A stretch of 63,635 nucleotides of DNA, filler included, from Choristocarpus tenellus KU-1152 (taxonomy: Eukaryota; Protista; Phaeophyceae): the NCBI GenBank assembly GCA_964200185.2. It is 8 parts of 8 records of this genome, joined end to end, with 100 filler letters (N's around TTAATTAATTAA, not from the genome) between each part and the next. Parts side by side here need not be neighbours in the genome. Positions count along the whole stretch, not along the records: positions 34,414 to 43,697 come from CAXNAD020003818.1; positions 43,798 to 46,795 come from CAXNAD020023039.1; positions 46,896 to 50,131 come from CAXNAD020021343.1; 5 more parts are not named here. One strand, 5' to 3'. Positions within the stretch are counted from its first letter, which is position 1, and each line of letters begins with the position of its first letter. Of the stretch, positions 35,812 to 49,338 are shown in pieces. The notes under the pieces are model-generated. The model was not told where the DNA came from and made no database searches. It was given only the letters and a program-made list of their open reading frames with translations. The translations under genes were made by a program, and so were the position numbers.

Positions 35812-35893
35812 CGACACCGGTGAGATTCGAACTCACGCGTGCAAAGCACACAAACTTAGCAGGCTTGCACCTTAACCCCTCGGTCACAGTGTC
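35812..35893 (-). tRNA. tRNA-Ser (anticodon GCT)
   Basis: The reverse complement folds with acceptor stem GACACTG/CGGTGTC, anticodon stem CAAGC/GTTTG and loop CT-GCT-AA, a long variable arm, T arm GTGAG-TTCGAAT-CTCAC and discriminator G. A T5 Pol III terminator follows. Confidence 0.93.
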
Positions 35894-36618
35894 ATAAACT
35901 GATAGTATAAGTAGACACGAGGGGTTTGTCAACAGGTTGTTGCACTACATAATCCAGAAAGTACTAATTCATTTACTGATTCTATTCGTCATTTCAACTG
36001 CCGTTTCACTCTTTGACTCGGTACCCCCTCTCTGTCAAATATTGAGATACCATAGTCCTTCCACCAGCGCAAGATAGTCCCAAAACCAGCGAATAAGGTT
36101 GAAGGTGCAAATCCCAGGTGGACTCCTCCCCAAGTCCCTACAGCACAAGGGTGGCAACAGCTTTGAGGGGCTGAATAGGACATCCAAAGATTTAGATGAT
36201 CACGCATGGAGAGTGTGCGATATGTGGGGTGATGATCTATGGATTAAGCCATCTATTACCCTGGCCTCTGACTGGACACATTCTTAGGGAGGGGGAGTAT
36301 GAGTGAAATAGCGAGACAAGAACCGCATGTTTACCAGATGTGGTAAAATCAAGACTGGGCAGGCCTAGTTGCCCTGACGTACACACCAACCAGGCGTGGT
36401 GTGTAGTAACGTATCTCTAGCAATTTGCTGAGGTACCTCATCCTTTCTCACTCCTCACAATCTGGCTGTGTGACAGAAGCACTGGCTTTGCAGGTGATGA
36501 GTTATATATAGTACTTTGAAGTACAAGACTTAAACAAAACAAAACACATCAAGCAACTAGGGCATTTCCTCTTCGATTTAAATCATCGTTAGCACCATAT
36601 TTACAAACGCGCATCAAT

Positions 36619-39600
36619 TTACATTGCCACAGCCTTACCACTACGCAATAATTTGGTTTCAACTTCTTCAACAGTATAGTAGGCCCAAGCAATGGAGTAG
36701 CAGAATATACAGAAAAATTTCAGGCACCACTGAAAAAAGATAAAAGCGGGAGTAGTTTGCATTGACGTGTTGTAAATAACCTGAAACCACAGCAGACTCA
36801 GTATAAGATTAACATTACAAGCAGTTTGTATTTGGACTGTGGAGCACAGGATCAAATTATGGCACAACCAGAGGTTGGAGTTGGATAAGGTCTGGGGCCA
36901 AGCATGTGCATCAAACTCTTGCTATCAATAGGCCTGGATGCAGCTCCTCCCTACATAGGGTTGATAGATGTGTTCTATTTCTTGGCAGTGACTGTGATAG
37001 CCATAGTGCTGAGCACAGTTTTCAAAATGACAAACCCTGGAAACAATGGGGGAACCTCTATTGTACCTCATCCAATCAGACACAACCTGTCCTGTACAGA
37101 TGAGTTAGGGTGTTGCTATCCTCCATGCCATCACCATCACAATCTCCGTTGAGCAAAAAAGTACACTCCTATCAGTCCTATCAAGGATGGGACTGTAAGC
37201 TGTGGCCATGCCTATTTCACAGCATATGCTCCACTTGGCATATGCTTAATCCTCTTACTTTCTCAAACTTCAACCCCTTCCTTCACTACAAGGAAGATAT
37301 ATTTCTCCCAGTCAAGGTTAGAACATGGGTGTAGTTTTTCTTTCCCCCCCCAAATGCCTTTTCATTTGGCCACAATCTTTAGCCATGCTGCCTACCTTTG
37401 CTGCTTCAAGAACTTGGACCAAATCTTTCACCTTAGTTGTTTCAATACAGCAATACATATCTCCCTTGAAGCACTGTTAATCTATTCCACCTTATAGTCT
37501 ACAAGTGGGTTATAATGAATATATATACGGAGTATGTGTATGTCATGGCTGAATGTCCCACGAACATCATGTACGATATCCAGATGTTCATATTACATAC
37601 ACCTAAGCTTGCAAAGTAATACTCTATCAACACATTATACCTCTAGAAGTAATGCGATTTGTTTTCCATTGGAATGAGCCAGTTCCACACCTCTTGCCAA
37701 AAACAAAAACAAAAAACTATGGGGTTTTCCGCATGTAATTTTGCAGTGGTACGGTGGTATATTCATGAGCAAGAGAGTATCACATGGGTCAGCGTGGATG
37801 CTTGAAGAACATATACTATTGAGAAGAAGGACCAACACCCCACCTGCTCCTCGAGGATAAGAACATTTTCTGCAATCCAAAGAGACAAAAGGCTCAATTT
37901 AGGTCCTTCTTCTGTGCTGTAGCACAGTATCAGCAGGCTGTGGGAAGCCAGAGACTAGCTAGAAAATAACCACAACGATAATCTAGGGCATTACACACCT
38001 TAGTGTCCGCAGAAGTTTATGGTTAAAGGCATGCAAAAACGACTCTCTGATGGTCAGGGACTGTTCCAGGTGTATCAGTGCTACCTGTTACTCAGATGCA
38101 ATTGTTGCAAGTGGTGCATAGAAAGAGCAGTTGAGTGTTGAGTGGCATGCCAATTAATCAGTAAAAAAAATATCAGCGGAAGCAACTCACATCGCAAGCA
38201 GTATATTTATCAAGGGCAAGGATGTGGAATTCAGGAGTAAGTAGAGCGGTTGCTACGTGTGCACAGCCATGTGTACTCACTTTTACCTTTGGCAATAGCT
38301 ACAAAAATACCTCGATGTTTTCATGTGACAAATTTTTAACATTTGAAGCACTCCACTCACTCTGCCCCAAAACATTGAACCACTACATCTTCCACTGACA
38401 ATTGAATGTTGGGCGAAGTGCTTTGAAGGATACTTCTCAAGTAATGAGTGGGATAACCTTGCAAGTGAATGAGTGCAGATCTGGGAGCCACCATGACAAG
38501 TAGGTCTCACTGAGACCAAACAGAGCGGCGCTCATAAATATGAGCATAGAGTCAATCTACTCCAAATCAACCCGAGAGCTGAGGTACATGTTCCTCAATT
38601 GAAATCACAGTCTCAACTCTTACCCTTGTCTACCCACCTCCGCCTCTTCCATCATGTACGCCCTCATCCCTTCCTCGAATTCCCTGTCAGCCCTTATGAG
38701 GTCTTGCTCCAAAATATGTTCTTGTAATGTTGTGTTGGTACCTAAGCCTCCATCCTCAGATCTTGGGCGTGATGCTAGTGTCCAGTCTCCTTGAAGGGGG
38801 TCCTCAGAAGTGATAGGGATACTGGGGTATATGCCCCCACCTGCCAGGGGAATTTCTTCACCTTGCTCAGCAAGCGCTCTACCGTGAAGAAGGTGATTTG
38901 TTATTGATGAACCCCAGGGATGCCCACAGGCACTACATGCCCCTCCAATTTCTGACCCTGGGGATGGCAAGAGTATCTCAGCTGGTGACTTGAGTTGGAA
39001 AAACAGGATAATGATTACTAGTTTTCTACCTACTTCCAAATAATTTTTTAATAAACTGCAGTTCACGGTGACTGAAAATACCATGCATGATATTTCAAGG
39101 TACTAGAAGTAACTGGTCAGTCCTTTTCTGATCCCTGGTTGGGGATACCAACAATGTAAAAAAGGGGGGCATTTAGGAAGGCATTGCTACAGCACACCCT
39201 TGCTCTTCTGGGCAGACTTTCAAAGCACAAACTTGAAATTCCTTCTTTATCTCTATAAAACCTTACGAATAATAACATGCCACAAAAACTCGTCTCTTTC
39301 GCCATCAGTAAGTAACTTTGACCTTTGACTTTGGCAAAACATGCTATCAAAAGTCGCAACTCTGGATGATGTTGTCTTTGGTCTGGGCTCAGAAGGAACC
39401 ATCAGGCTAAGGCATCCCACACCGCATGGTCCCACGGGCACAGCGCCCTGGCAGTTCATTTGTGAGCATCTGAATCCTTCCAGCTCTGCATCCCACCTCC
39501 CTTCATAGCACCTCAAGCAGCAGCAAATGAAACCCCAGTTTGATCTAACAAAGGTGGGGGGGGATATTTGGGGGAACACCGAGCCGGAGGATTTGACCTC

Positions 39601-42014
39601 AAGGAGGAAGGCATTTCATGACTGCATCAACATCTCTCGTCTGTGCTCATCAGGCGTTGAGTGAACCTTGGGAATCAGAGAAATTAATGCCCCACAAGTG
39701 CTGTTTGCAGGTTTCACGTTTCTGCTCTCTCTCTCACAGCTGTGCCTTGGGCACTTTACCTTAATTGTGCTTGTCGTGAGGGTGTAGACTGGTCTAGTGG
39801 AATGTAGCTGAGACACAGCTCTTCGCCAGGGCTGACTGCCTTTGAGCAACGAATCTCCAACTGGGATAGAGAGCACAGGCAAGTGTGGGAGTTAAGCTTT
39901 GAAAAAAAATATAAGAAAAAAAAAGAAGGGAAACATTGAAAGCAAAGCTTTGAAAAAATAAATAAGAAAAAGAAGGGAAACATTGAAAGCAAAGAGGAGA
40001 AAGAAAGAAAAACTTCCAGAGAGATAACTTTTCAAAAAATGAGTATCTTGTTTTTGAGAATTTTGTACTATAAAACGTTACACCCTGTATTACGTAATAG
40101 AAGCAGTTTCGTTTACAAAATTAAGATAGACCACATGAAAACTGAAAGGATAACGCTCTCAACTTGACTCCAGATCTCAGTCGTGTTTCTCTGTGAGATG
40201 CTTGATGAAGGAACAAAAAGGTTTGTCAAGGTCGCCAAGTGTTCTCAACACGTCTCTGAAGGCACCACGAACAATGTTCTCCAAAGTATAATTGACTCAT
40301 AGTGATAAAGTGTCTGACCTCCATTAGGAAGTTGTATCATGGACACAGAACATAATTCCACCATCAAGAATGTCACAGGGCAACAGGTATCAAAAGCTGA
40401 TAGATACCATAGAAATGGAGAATACCCACTTACCGTCACTCTCATGAGGTCACATGATCCCAGTGGCTGGGGTTGAACAGGACTGTGCACTTCAGTAATA
40501 GGCTTCTACATGATAGTGGTATCATTTTTTTTTCAAGTCTTCATTGATGTCAAATAGTTGTTTTTTGGGGGGGGGATCAAGACGCCCACAGTTGCATCTC
40601 AATCAAATATCTTTCTCTTCTGTGTGCCTCGCAGTCAACTTTTCCCCCCATAGGTCCGACAATAAGAAGCAAGAAGCGAAGCATTCCATTCCAAGAGTGC
40701 TTAACAAGCCTTCCTCTACAAAGTCGACCTATCAAAGGTCTACAGCATGTATTTTGGGAAGGCAATCCTCTTGTTCTCCATTTGGCAGACTTGGAAAACT
40801 GTAGTGTGAGGTCAGGATGATAGCAAACATGCACACCTTGGCACCTTTCCACCATGCCTGCAGATTGGGGCAGCAACTGTGATTGAACATGGCTGCAGAC
40901 AAATACATGCCCAGTCCCTTCGATCCGTCCCTTCCACAGATAGTGATGGCATTGATTGCCACACGACACACCTGGCGGTATTGCATAAAATGCTTCAGGG
41001 GATGCAGACAAATGAGAACTACTCCCACGTAGAAATGTCAACGACATTTCGCCCTTCTTGACAAGCAATCGCAATGAGTTCACATCACAAGCTTATACCT
41101 CCTCCATGGCCTGGGTTATGTCGTCTGGGGAAACATCCTCCCTTGACGACGGCGCCTGTGAAGCACCACCAGGCTCCATTTCGAGCATTCTTGTCTCCTC
41201 GCGCCAGTCACTTAACTTTAACATACGTGACACCTACCACACTCAAGGACACCGCGTGTCCATTAATCGGGGGATAGGGGCAACGCTCAACGTAGAGACA
41301 AGACAGAGCCTAGAAATGGTTCAATGGCAAAAAACAGAGGTAAGGTTAGGTTATACCCGCAAGGCTTCAAGATGGAGATTCCTCTCGTCCTCTTTTGTCA
41401 CTCCTCCATGAATAACAAGCTCACTCAATCTCAAAGCAATGTCGGGTTTGAGAACGCCTGATTGACGCATCCAGAGTAACTTTAGTGCCAATCGCTGTGA
41501 CGGTTCACCACACACAGTGAATTTCGGGGAACCTCTGTCCGACGCCTCACATGACTTGCACACCAAGCCATTCCTGAACCAGGAAGATAAGACAAGATGG
41601 TTTATGTTATTATGAGAGTCGAATAATCATGCCACAGCACTAAAATGTGGCCACGTTTCCTTGCCAAAAGACTCGTTCTTTCTGGTGGGATTACCATAGG
41701 ACATACATGGGCGTGATCTCTACCCCATGGTTGCTACTCCATCGATAAACAACAGCCCAGATCTATTTACACCCTAAAAAAATTTATCCAGTAACATGCC
41801 TGAAACGCTGGAGCTTGTTTGGTTCAAAGGCTTCCAAACACCTATCGCAATTATTTCCAGACGCCACACACGCAACTGGATACTCCTCAAGCAAAATCTC
41901 CCCACTAGAAAATTTGCGGTCAGAGATCACGACTCGCCCTGCAGGTACACCTTTGTCCACTAATCGAGTTCCCTCTATGGACAGGGAAGACATCTGTAAG
42001 GAGTCAAGGAACAT
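36619..42014 (-). CDS. SMYD-type SET-domain lysine methyltransferase. Exons: 42014 (or 41993)-41800, 41573-41357, 41233-41099, 40971-40837, 39860-39760, 39544-~39361, 38988-38638, 38084-37999; tentative 37937-37844 and 36780-36619
   Basis: N-SET GRVVISDRKFSSGEILLEEYP, CDRC, GLGMYLSAAMFNHSCCPN, GEELCLSYI..RQAQLRSNWGFICCCLRC (post-SET), further Cys pairs, and a TPR-like LEQSLTIRESFLHAFN. Confidence 0.88.
39894..39994. repeat. A-rich ~49-bp tandem duplication in a SMYD intron
   Basis: aagctttgaaaaa...agaagggaaacattgaaagca occurs twice. Confidence 0.8.
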
Positions 42015-42398
42015 AGGGTGGGAGCTGCAACCAGGAAGGAACGAGGTTGTAGTTGGGACTCGGGAGGACTCAACAAGTTTTGTTCCCCCGAAGAATAAAA
42101 TACTCCGAACAGTTTACTAACGGACCGAGGAGCCTGGAATCTCTATGTTCTATAGGTGATGTATTGACTGTCCTAATGAAATACGTCCTCACCCAGGTGG
42201 TAGGGTGTGTGGTGGTGCCGAGAAAAGGCACTAACTGAGGCAAAAATGACCGATAGAGGCACAGTAATTGTAAGCTCATACTTACATGATTGAAATTGGT
42301 AGTGTAAATTGCAATACAACAAGCAACTTACCAAACCAAATGTCGATGCCTGTTCAATCTCCATCCATACACAACAGTCAGATGACACCGCTATCGGA

Positions 42399-43142
42399 AT
42401 GCCTATATTCGATATTGAGTCACAAGATGTGGCTTTTGCAGAAGTTCAAGCGCTGACGGAGAGCACCGTGACCTCATGGTATGATCCTGTTTCAGCCCAG
42501 GACGAAGAGCGATCTCGAGTTTCATCACTTTTCCGTCATGGGAAGGACCAAGTGCCTGACATGGTATGAGTGCACCGACAAGATGCAAGAAAATTATTCT
42601 TGGCCATTGAGATACCCCCTAGGCTCGATCGATTAACTCTTCCGTAGTGAAGACAATATTGCATGCGAGGTTATAATCTTTCATCATCTATATATGATAC
42701 AAATTTTGCGTTCCAGGTCAAAGAGATCGAGACCCTTCGCCTTCATGTAAAGCGACGAACACAAGCGCTAGGTGCTATGCGGAAGGCATACATTACGGAT
42801 GTGAATAACCTCAAGAGAGAGTTATTGGACAAGGTGACCATACATGCGTCTCTTGTAGCACCTCAAAAGTAATATGCATGTAGCACTTCCACACGGTATT
42901 GGTGTACATCGTAATGTTGCGTTCCTCCTAACATAACGATGAATAATTGTGCCATACGAACCTACACTAAGTCCTTGTCCCCTTGTGCTAAAAAGGGAGG
43001 GATGGGAGACTGCTTTCAGACTAATATGGACAACATCAATAACATCCCATCACTGGACTTTCGGCCTATACTCCGCCTCTATGCACCTACCGATACCCAC
43101 TTTCAAGTCACCCCATGCAGCGAGTGTGGAGGGACAATGGAG
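42399..43142 (+). CDS. Unknown coiled-coil protein with a CxxC motif, 5' exons 42399-42563, 42717-42833, 42996-43142; truncated by a gap
   Basis: Three phase-0 GT-AG exons give MPIFDIESQ...|VKEIETLRLHVKRRTQALGAMRKAYITDVNNLKRELLDK|...LRLYAPTDTHFQVTPCSECGGTME. Confidence 0.75.
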
Positions 43143-43959
43143 GTAGGTGCTGTTTCAATTACTCAAAAGTAATCAAATATCCATTCTACTGTTGAAATCA
43201 ATTATTTGGTGGAAAACTTCTACCAATCTACTAGAGTCTAACAAGGGTGCTGCTTCTGTGCTTTAGTCTTCGTATATATTCCTTGTGGTGGTAAGACTAC
43301 CATTGTATGATCATTGCATCCAACATTTTTTTGTCCTTGTAAGAAGGGTCATGTTTGCCTAGCAGAGATGGAGTTCCGCTTTTGATTGGTACTGCATTCA
43401 ACGCAAAGGAGAACAAGCAGAGCTGGAAATGCTGGCTGGAACTGTGTACTAACTGTGTAGTACGGTTACCAACATGTAATTACCTGCTGTTCACATCCCA
43501 TTGTGAAAATGTTATTGCTTGTTAAAGTTGTTTTCATCTTCCAATCTAGTCCCATTTTCTTCGAAATTTCGTTTGCATGTCTCCTTGACGTCACAGTCTC
43601 TAATATTCCTCGAAAAAAAATCCAATTGGATGACGATGTGACTCAAAGTATCTGGGAGGGGGTGGCGGCTGTCCATTTGGGGTCAAATTTTTCCTGTNNN
43701 NNNNNNNNNNNNNNNNNNNNNNNNNNNNNNNNNNNNNNNNNTTAATTAATTAANNNNNNNNNNNNNNNNNNNNNNNNNNNNNNNNNNNNNNNNNNNNTAT
43801 TAAGACGACCACTGGAGGGGATTGCTGCAACAGACAGAAAAACCTTACCTCATCCCTGGATCATACCACACCTAGAAATGTGGTCCAGCCATACGTGTGC
43901 ACATGATGTAGTGATAAGAACAAGCGCTACTACATAAAACACCAACAGATGAGGGGATC

Positions 43960-45960
43960 AGGAGCAGTCGTTCTTTCCCACCTCAATTCTGAGCATCACC
44001 ACGTAGGCGCATGAATGGAAAATTGAGATGCAACTGAACAACCACTCGAACCAAGTCAACATGCGGAAAAATATTCTTGTTGATAGAGGTGGGACCCTGG
44101 GTTGAATCTCCTGCTTCCTGAGCCTGAGAAGAGGCAATGAAATGGGAAAGCATGAGAATGCGTCCTGTTTCAATTTGTGAATTATGTGCATACATTTAGA
44201 TTGTATTGTGTTGTGTTGCTCGGTCTAAATAGTTTAAGGTATCCACCATGTCCTTGCAACACATTCATGAACATGTGCCAGCTATTCCTCGTCAATCTAG
44301 GACAGGTCTCCATACATTACCACCAACCAATGGCCCATCACATACACACAACCATGTATACACACGTGATGTCTTGCTTGTGTTACACTTCACTCATTTC
44401 AATCTGGGATACTGAACCAAATACATTGAGAGGGTAAAGCATATGAGCAATACACACAACCTACATGCATCACACAACACTCCACGAATCAAGAGCCTCA
44501 TCACCTCAGAAAAGGCTTGGTGACAGTTCGCTTGATGTGTACAAGGTATGAACCCATCTTTTTCGGGATATTCTTGAAGAGGTGGTCAGAGTCCCCTCTT
44601 GAAGATACCTTTGTCTGCTGCGGCTTCTGCAGTGAATTTGGAGAGGGCGTTAAGGAAGGGGAAACAAAGTACCAAGGTACCTCTGAGCCTCATGCATAAA
44701 ATGGATTCTTCTTGGAGTGGGCGGCAAAGACCAAAGCTTGATAACATGCTCCTCACAACATTCTCCTCCATGCCTTCAAATCAGTCTGTCTGCAATGTTT
44801 GAATACCAAAAGAGGAACTTAAAAAATCATTCTACTTATTTCTCCCTAACCCTACAGTGAGAACAATAAATGGTACTAATGGCCTACGGACTGGGGTAGC
44901 ATCGATATGAACAACACCTTTGACCTTTGTGTGAACGGTTGCTTCTTACTGTATTTTTTGGAATAGGTTAAATTTGACGAGAATTTCTGACTCAAAAATT
45001 TATACACCTCATCATATGTAATTTGACAAAGACATCTACTATGGAGTCGAACATGGTCACTTACGAGAAGAGCACACACATACGCACAATCACACATACA
45101 CACACACACTCACATACACACACATCAGGCTGTATCAATAATATTCTACTGCACCACACGCATTGAGATTACATACGTAATTATGTTGCCCACATGTCTT
45201 GCCTCACGGGTGGGCAACTCTGAGATAAACTCCTGCATTTCCTCCACCACTGCCTGAGTGACAGCCCGGCCAAATCGTACAAGGGGAGCTTCAGGATCTA
45301 TGTTTGTGATCTTGGTCCACAGAAGCTTGGTCTGTAAAGCGGGCCCCATCTGCAAAGGCGGTCCCATCTTTGGTATCTACAAGTATGGAAGTATTGGGGT
45401 GGGCAAGGGAGGTCAACCACGTATCCAGAAGACTTCAAGGACCATGGGAGTAATGGTGTGGGAGCAAGCTATAGGTAATATCACAGATTATGATAAGCTA
45501 TATTCCTGATTTATACCCCATGTCATTAACCCCTAGGGAGGAAAATGGACAAAAGCGATCAGCACAGACTCAAGATGCTTAGCAAATTGAAACAAACATC
45601 AGGAGGGACAATTGAATTTTTTTTCCCCATAACTAATAGTGAGGAACACATGATCTCACACTCAATCCTGCTACAACAGTGGAGAGGGCTTGCTTCTCTT
45701 TACGCCCTGTACCTAACAGAAACAGGAAACTCTTCTGGCGAGGAGAACCAAAACCTCTTACAAAACTCGAAAGAACTATGACCACTCTTACACGGTATTT
45801 TGAGTCATCCAATCGTGCAGCGTCAGAATCGCCCTCTGGACACCGTTCTATCAAAGTTTCTGTTGACAAAGTGCTAATAGGGTTCCATGCCTCCTTGAGA
45901 AACATCGATCCGCTACACTCCCTTCGCACCTCGTTTCGCCTCCTTCTTCCTGGTATGTAG
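43960..45960 (-). pseudogene. Possible decayed spliced gene of unknown family
   Basis: Several exon-like blocks with AG/GT borders (~45960-45792, 45376-45193, 44788-44486, 44164-43983), but with internal stops and no recognisable motif. Confidence 0.3.
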
Positions 45961-46204
45961 TTCTCTCTAGACTATGGATAATGGAATAAGCTTAAGTCAC
46001 TACCCAAGGACTCTAAATATGTCTTCGTCCGAACGGCCGCCCTGGAATCTCATGCGCCCCTGCAATACTAAAAGCTGAGTGTTTACGAGGTGCAATGCCC
46101 ATCATGAAACAAAGTTCAGCACGGGGTGAAGACTTAGCAGATCAGCCTTCAATGTGAGCATAACCACGGCTACCCCATACTGGAATTTATGTAACATCAG
46201 CAGT

Positions 46205-46400
46205 ACGTCCGTGCCACTATTACTTTAACAAAAACAGTGATACAATGACATCGTCTGCATTCGAGACATTTTTGATTGACGTGGTGAAGCCTGCTGAGGT
46301 GGAGATCAAGGCTGTAAGGACGGACTGTGAGACGGAATTTTTCTGTGGCTGCATTTGAGTCGATGCGGGAAAGGTACGGCAATAGACTTTCGGATTACGA
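46205..46400 (+). mobile_element. Copia-type LTR retrotransposon integrase fragment
   Basis: SAFETFLIDVVKPAEVEIKAVRTDCETEF resembles the rve motif I..VRTD.GGEF. It is frameshifted afterwards. Confidence 0.6.
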
Positions 46401-49338
46401 GAGTTCCTGGGGAATAAAGATCCAGTCTATCCTCTGTCTCCTCATAGCAGTTTCCCGAAAATAGAACTCGATGGAAGATTCCATATCCAGCCGTTTCATG
46501 ATTCCACAGCACGATACACCAAATTGTACGTACATGACTTGTCATCTAAACCTATTATGCTGTATGTACAGGAATCTACAGTGTACTGATAGAGGCGGTC
46601 CCTTCTTCCTTACGAAATTGAAGTGTTCCTCCATTGGTATACAGGGTACAATACAACAGTAGTCCGTGCAGAATACGATTCTAATCCGTAGTCAATGTAT
46701 GGCAATATATCAAGAGAGTGAGGGAGAGATTGAATCTCGTTACTACTCTGTCCAAACATTTTCCCACCTGTCAGTACCTGTACTAGTTGTAGGATNNNNN
46801 NNNNNNNNNNNNNNNNNNNNNNNNNNNNNNNNNNNNNNNTTAATTAATTAANNNNNNNNNNNNNNNNNNNNNNNNNNNNNNNNNNNNNNNNNNNNGTTTT
46901 CGCAAAGCAACCATCCTCATAGTCCCGCGCCTTCCTCAATTTTGAGGATCCCCTGTTAAATGGACAAACAAATAAAAACTCATACCCTCTAAGATACTTT
47001 CACTCGTTTGGTTGTGGACCTCGTTCACCTATGAACATATAATATAGATTACACCTGAAAGGTTACGATTGTGCTTCTGATGTATTCTATCGTCCACGTG
47101 ATCTGTCACAATGTGGGAAAATAATTTCTACATATTGGCAACAACATTGTCATGATACACCTAATTCCAACACAATACCTTCGGTTGTTACCAACTCTGA
47201 TCCATGAAAAGTTTCCATACTTGATGGGACTTTATACTGGAGGTGATATGTTTCTTAATATATTGGTGTTGCGAATTATATTTGTGTTTCACTCAATGAT
47301 TTGTGGTTGTGTTGTTCAATATACATACATAAATATATATATATATTACATGAATGTTTGTTCTGGTCATTATCAACTTATGATAAGTTGATTTTTTTTG
47401 TACATGTGCACCCATGCATGAATGGAGAAGATCCAAATTCATTTTTCTAAATGACTCTCGCAAACTTGTTTTATTTTACTTCATTTTAGTTATATATTTT
47501 TTTTTTCAGGAGAACTGTTTTGTTCAACTGTTATTTCAGTGATAGTGTATGACCATCTCCATCCCCGTGTTTGTCCACGGTTTAAACTTGACGTTCTTTT
47601 CCAACTTTGTTTCTAATTGATTAGAACATCCATGTGATATGCTGTTGAATTTTATATATGCGAGTATAATATACTGAATGGTGCTGCAGCTATAGAGCTG
47701 TAATTTGGTCACGATTTCTGCGCTCCCTCCGGCAGTCTCCCATGTTCTTTTTCCTCCTCATTTGAGATGATGGCCCATGCTTTTGCATGTGTATCTCCTT
47801 GATGGAGTTGACAGAATTTCATGCTAAGACTAGCTAGTCCTTGCCCATGCCCCTTTTTTTCCACATTGAAGATCTGACCAGACGTGGCCATATCTGATTC
47901 ATTGAAATCGTGATCGTTCCATTCGCCCAGATGTCTTAATATCTAACCCCTGATAAAGTTGAAGCGGCACTGATTTGGTTGCCACCAAATCGTAGTTACA
48001 AGTGCTAAGTTGTGAGGCCTCACGAAAAACACTTTTTGCTCTACATTTTTCCAAATATGTAGATATTTTTGTGTACAAAACTGTCTTGTAAGACAGTATT
48101 TCCTTGTTGAGGGACTTTTTTTTTTTCTTCAATGCTCATGTCAGTTGTTCTGCACAAATATATCATCCATGTCCCATTGACACCTGTGTTTTGATTCCTG
48201 CATCACACCACATAGGGGGGGGGGAGGTGATGTGAGAGCCATCTTCCAAAGAAGGTATATCCTGAAGGTAACCTATCTTTAAGAATCTGATATTCATATG
48301 ATATTTGTTCTTGCATATTAAAGGAAACATCTAACAGCGTCTGGGCAAAATGGAGGGATAATTTCATGGAGGATGGAGTTTACCCAAAATGGTGCGCGGA
48401 AAGAGCCCATACGTTTTTTTTGTAAATGTTGCGGCGCTTTTTAAGGGCCCCTTTTTGAATGGGAATCCATGCCGAAGGTGGTAGTAGGACAGTGTGTGGG
48501 GGGCGGCAGTGATTTCGTTTGACCGTCATGCACATGTATGCCCTGCGTTGGATTGCTTCCTTGAATAATTAGTGCGGTCGGTGGAGTAGTTTGACTGTCG
48601 ATGGTGGAGGTGGTAGAAAAAAATAGTACTTCCATGAAGTTTTTTTCGGGGCGGCATTTCATCGTCGTTATGGATGGTTGACTGAGTGAGAAGAAGTGTT
48701 ATTTTACCATATTATTAAATTGTTTATCAAATATTGCTATCGTCGCCAAGTAGAAGAAAAAGCTACCACTGAGCGCATATAAGTATTGACATTATATGAT
48801 GATCAACCTCTCTCTACGAATATCTCAGTCATGCCCGAATTATCGTTTGTTGCGATCTACCCCTCCTCCCACCCCCTGTCAGATACGCCGATCTGCATTT
48901 ATCTATTTTTTCGGGAAACTTGTTTGACTTGTCACATGTCGCAAGAGAACAACAAGGAGAAGAGGGAGAATAAGGCGACAACAGCCCAGAGCAAAAATAT
49001 GGTCGAAAAAAAAATCTTCTTTCACGGTAAATAAGAAAAAAACCAGCTTTATAAATTTGCTGCTCATTTATTGTACCCCTCCTCCCCCTGCCACCGCGCG
49101 AAACTGTGCACGCCACCTGAAGCAAGAATGGGCGCCGACTCTGGTAAGCATGTTACCAGGAGTTCAACAGACACACGAACAACTTGCTTGAACCAACTAT
49201 GGGACGAACGAGGCATCATCAACAACAAACACTCCCGTATGCTCTGTTTGCTGTTGGTCAATCCTTATTTTGCCAACGTGTGCGACCGCCCGCCTCTCCA
49301 CCTCCCCCTCCTTCCCACCCCCCGTCCCGATTCTCTTC

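Noticed and set aside
36095-36190. HDV-like ribozyme (GGAC-TCCTCCCCAA-GTCC stem-loop with a possible P1)
   Set aside because: P2 pairing and the GG of P1.1 could not be placed properly. An Infernal or RNAMotif search would be needed.
39600-39720. Hammerhead ribozyme at CTGATGA cores (also ~19930)
   Set aside because: No stem II closed by GAAA, and no stems I and III.
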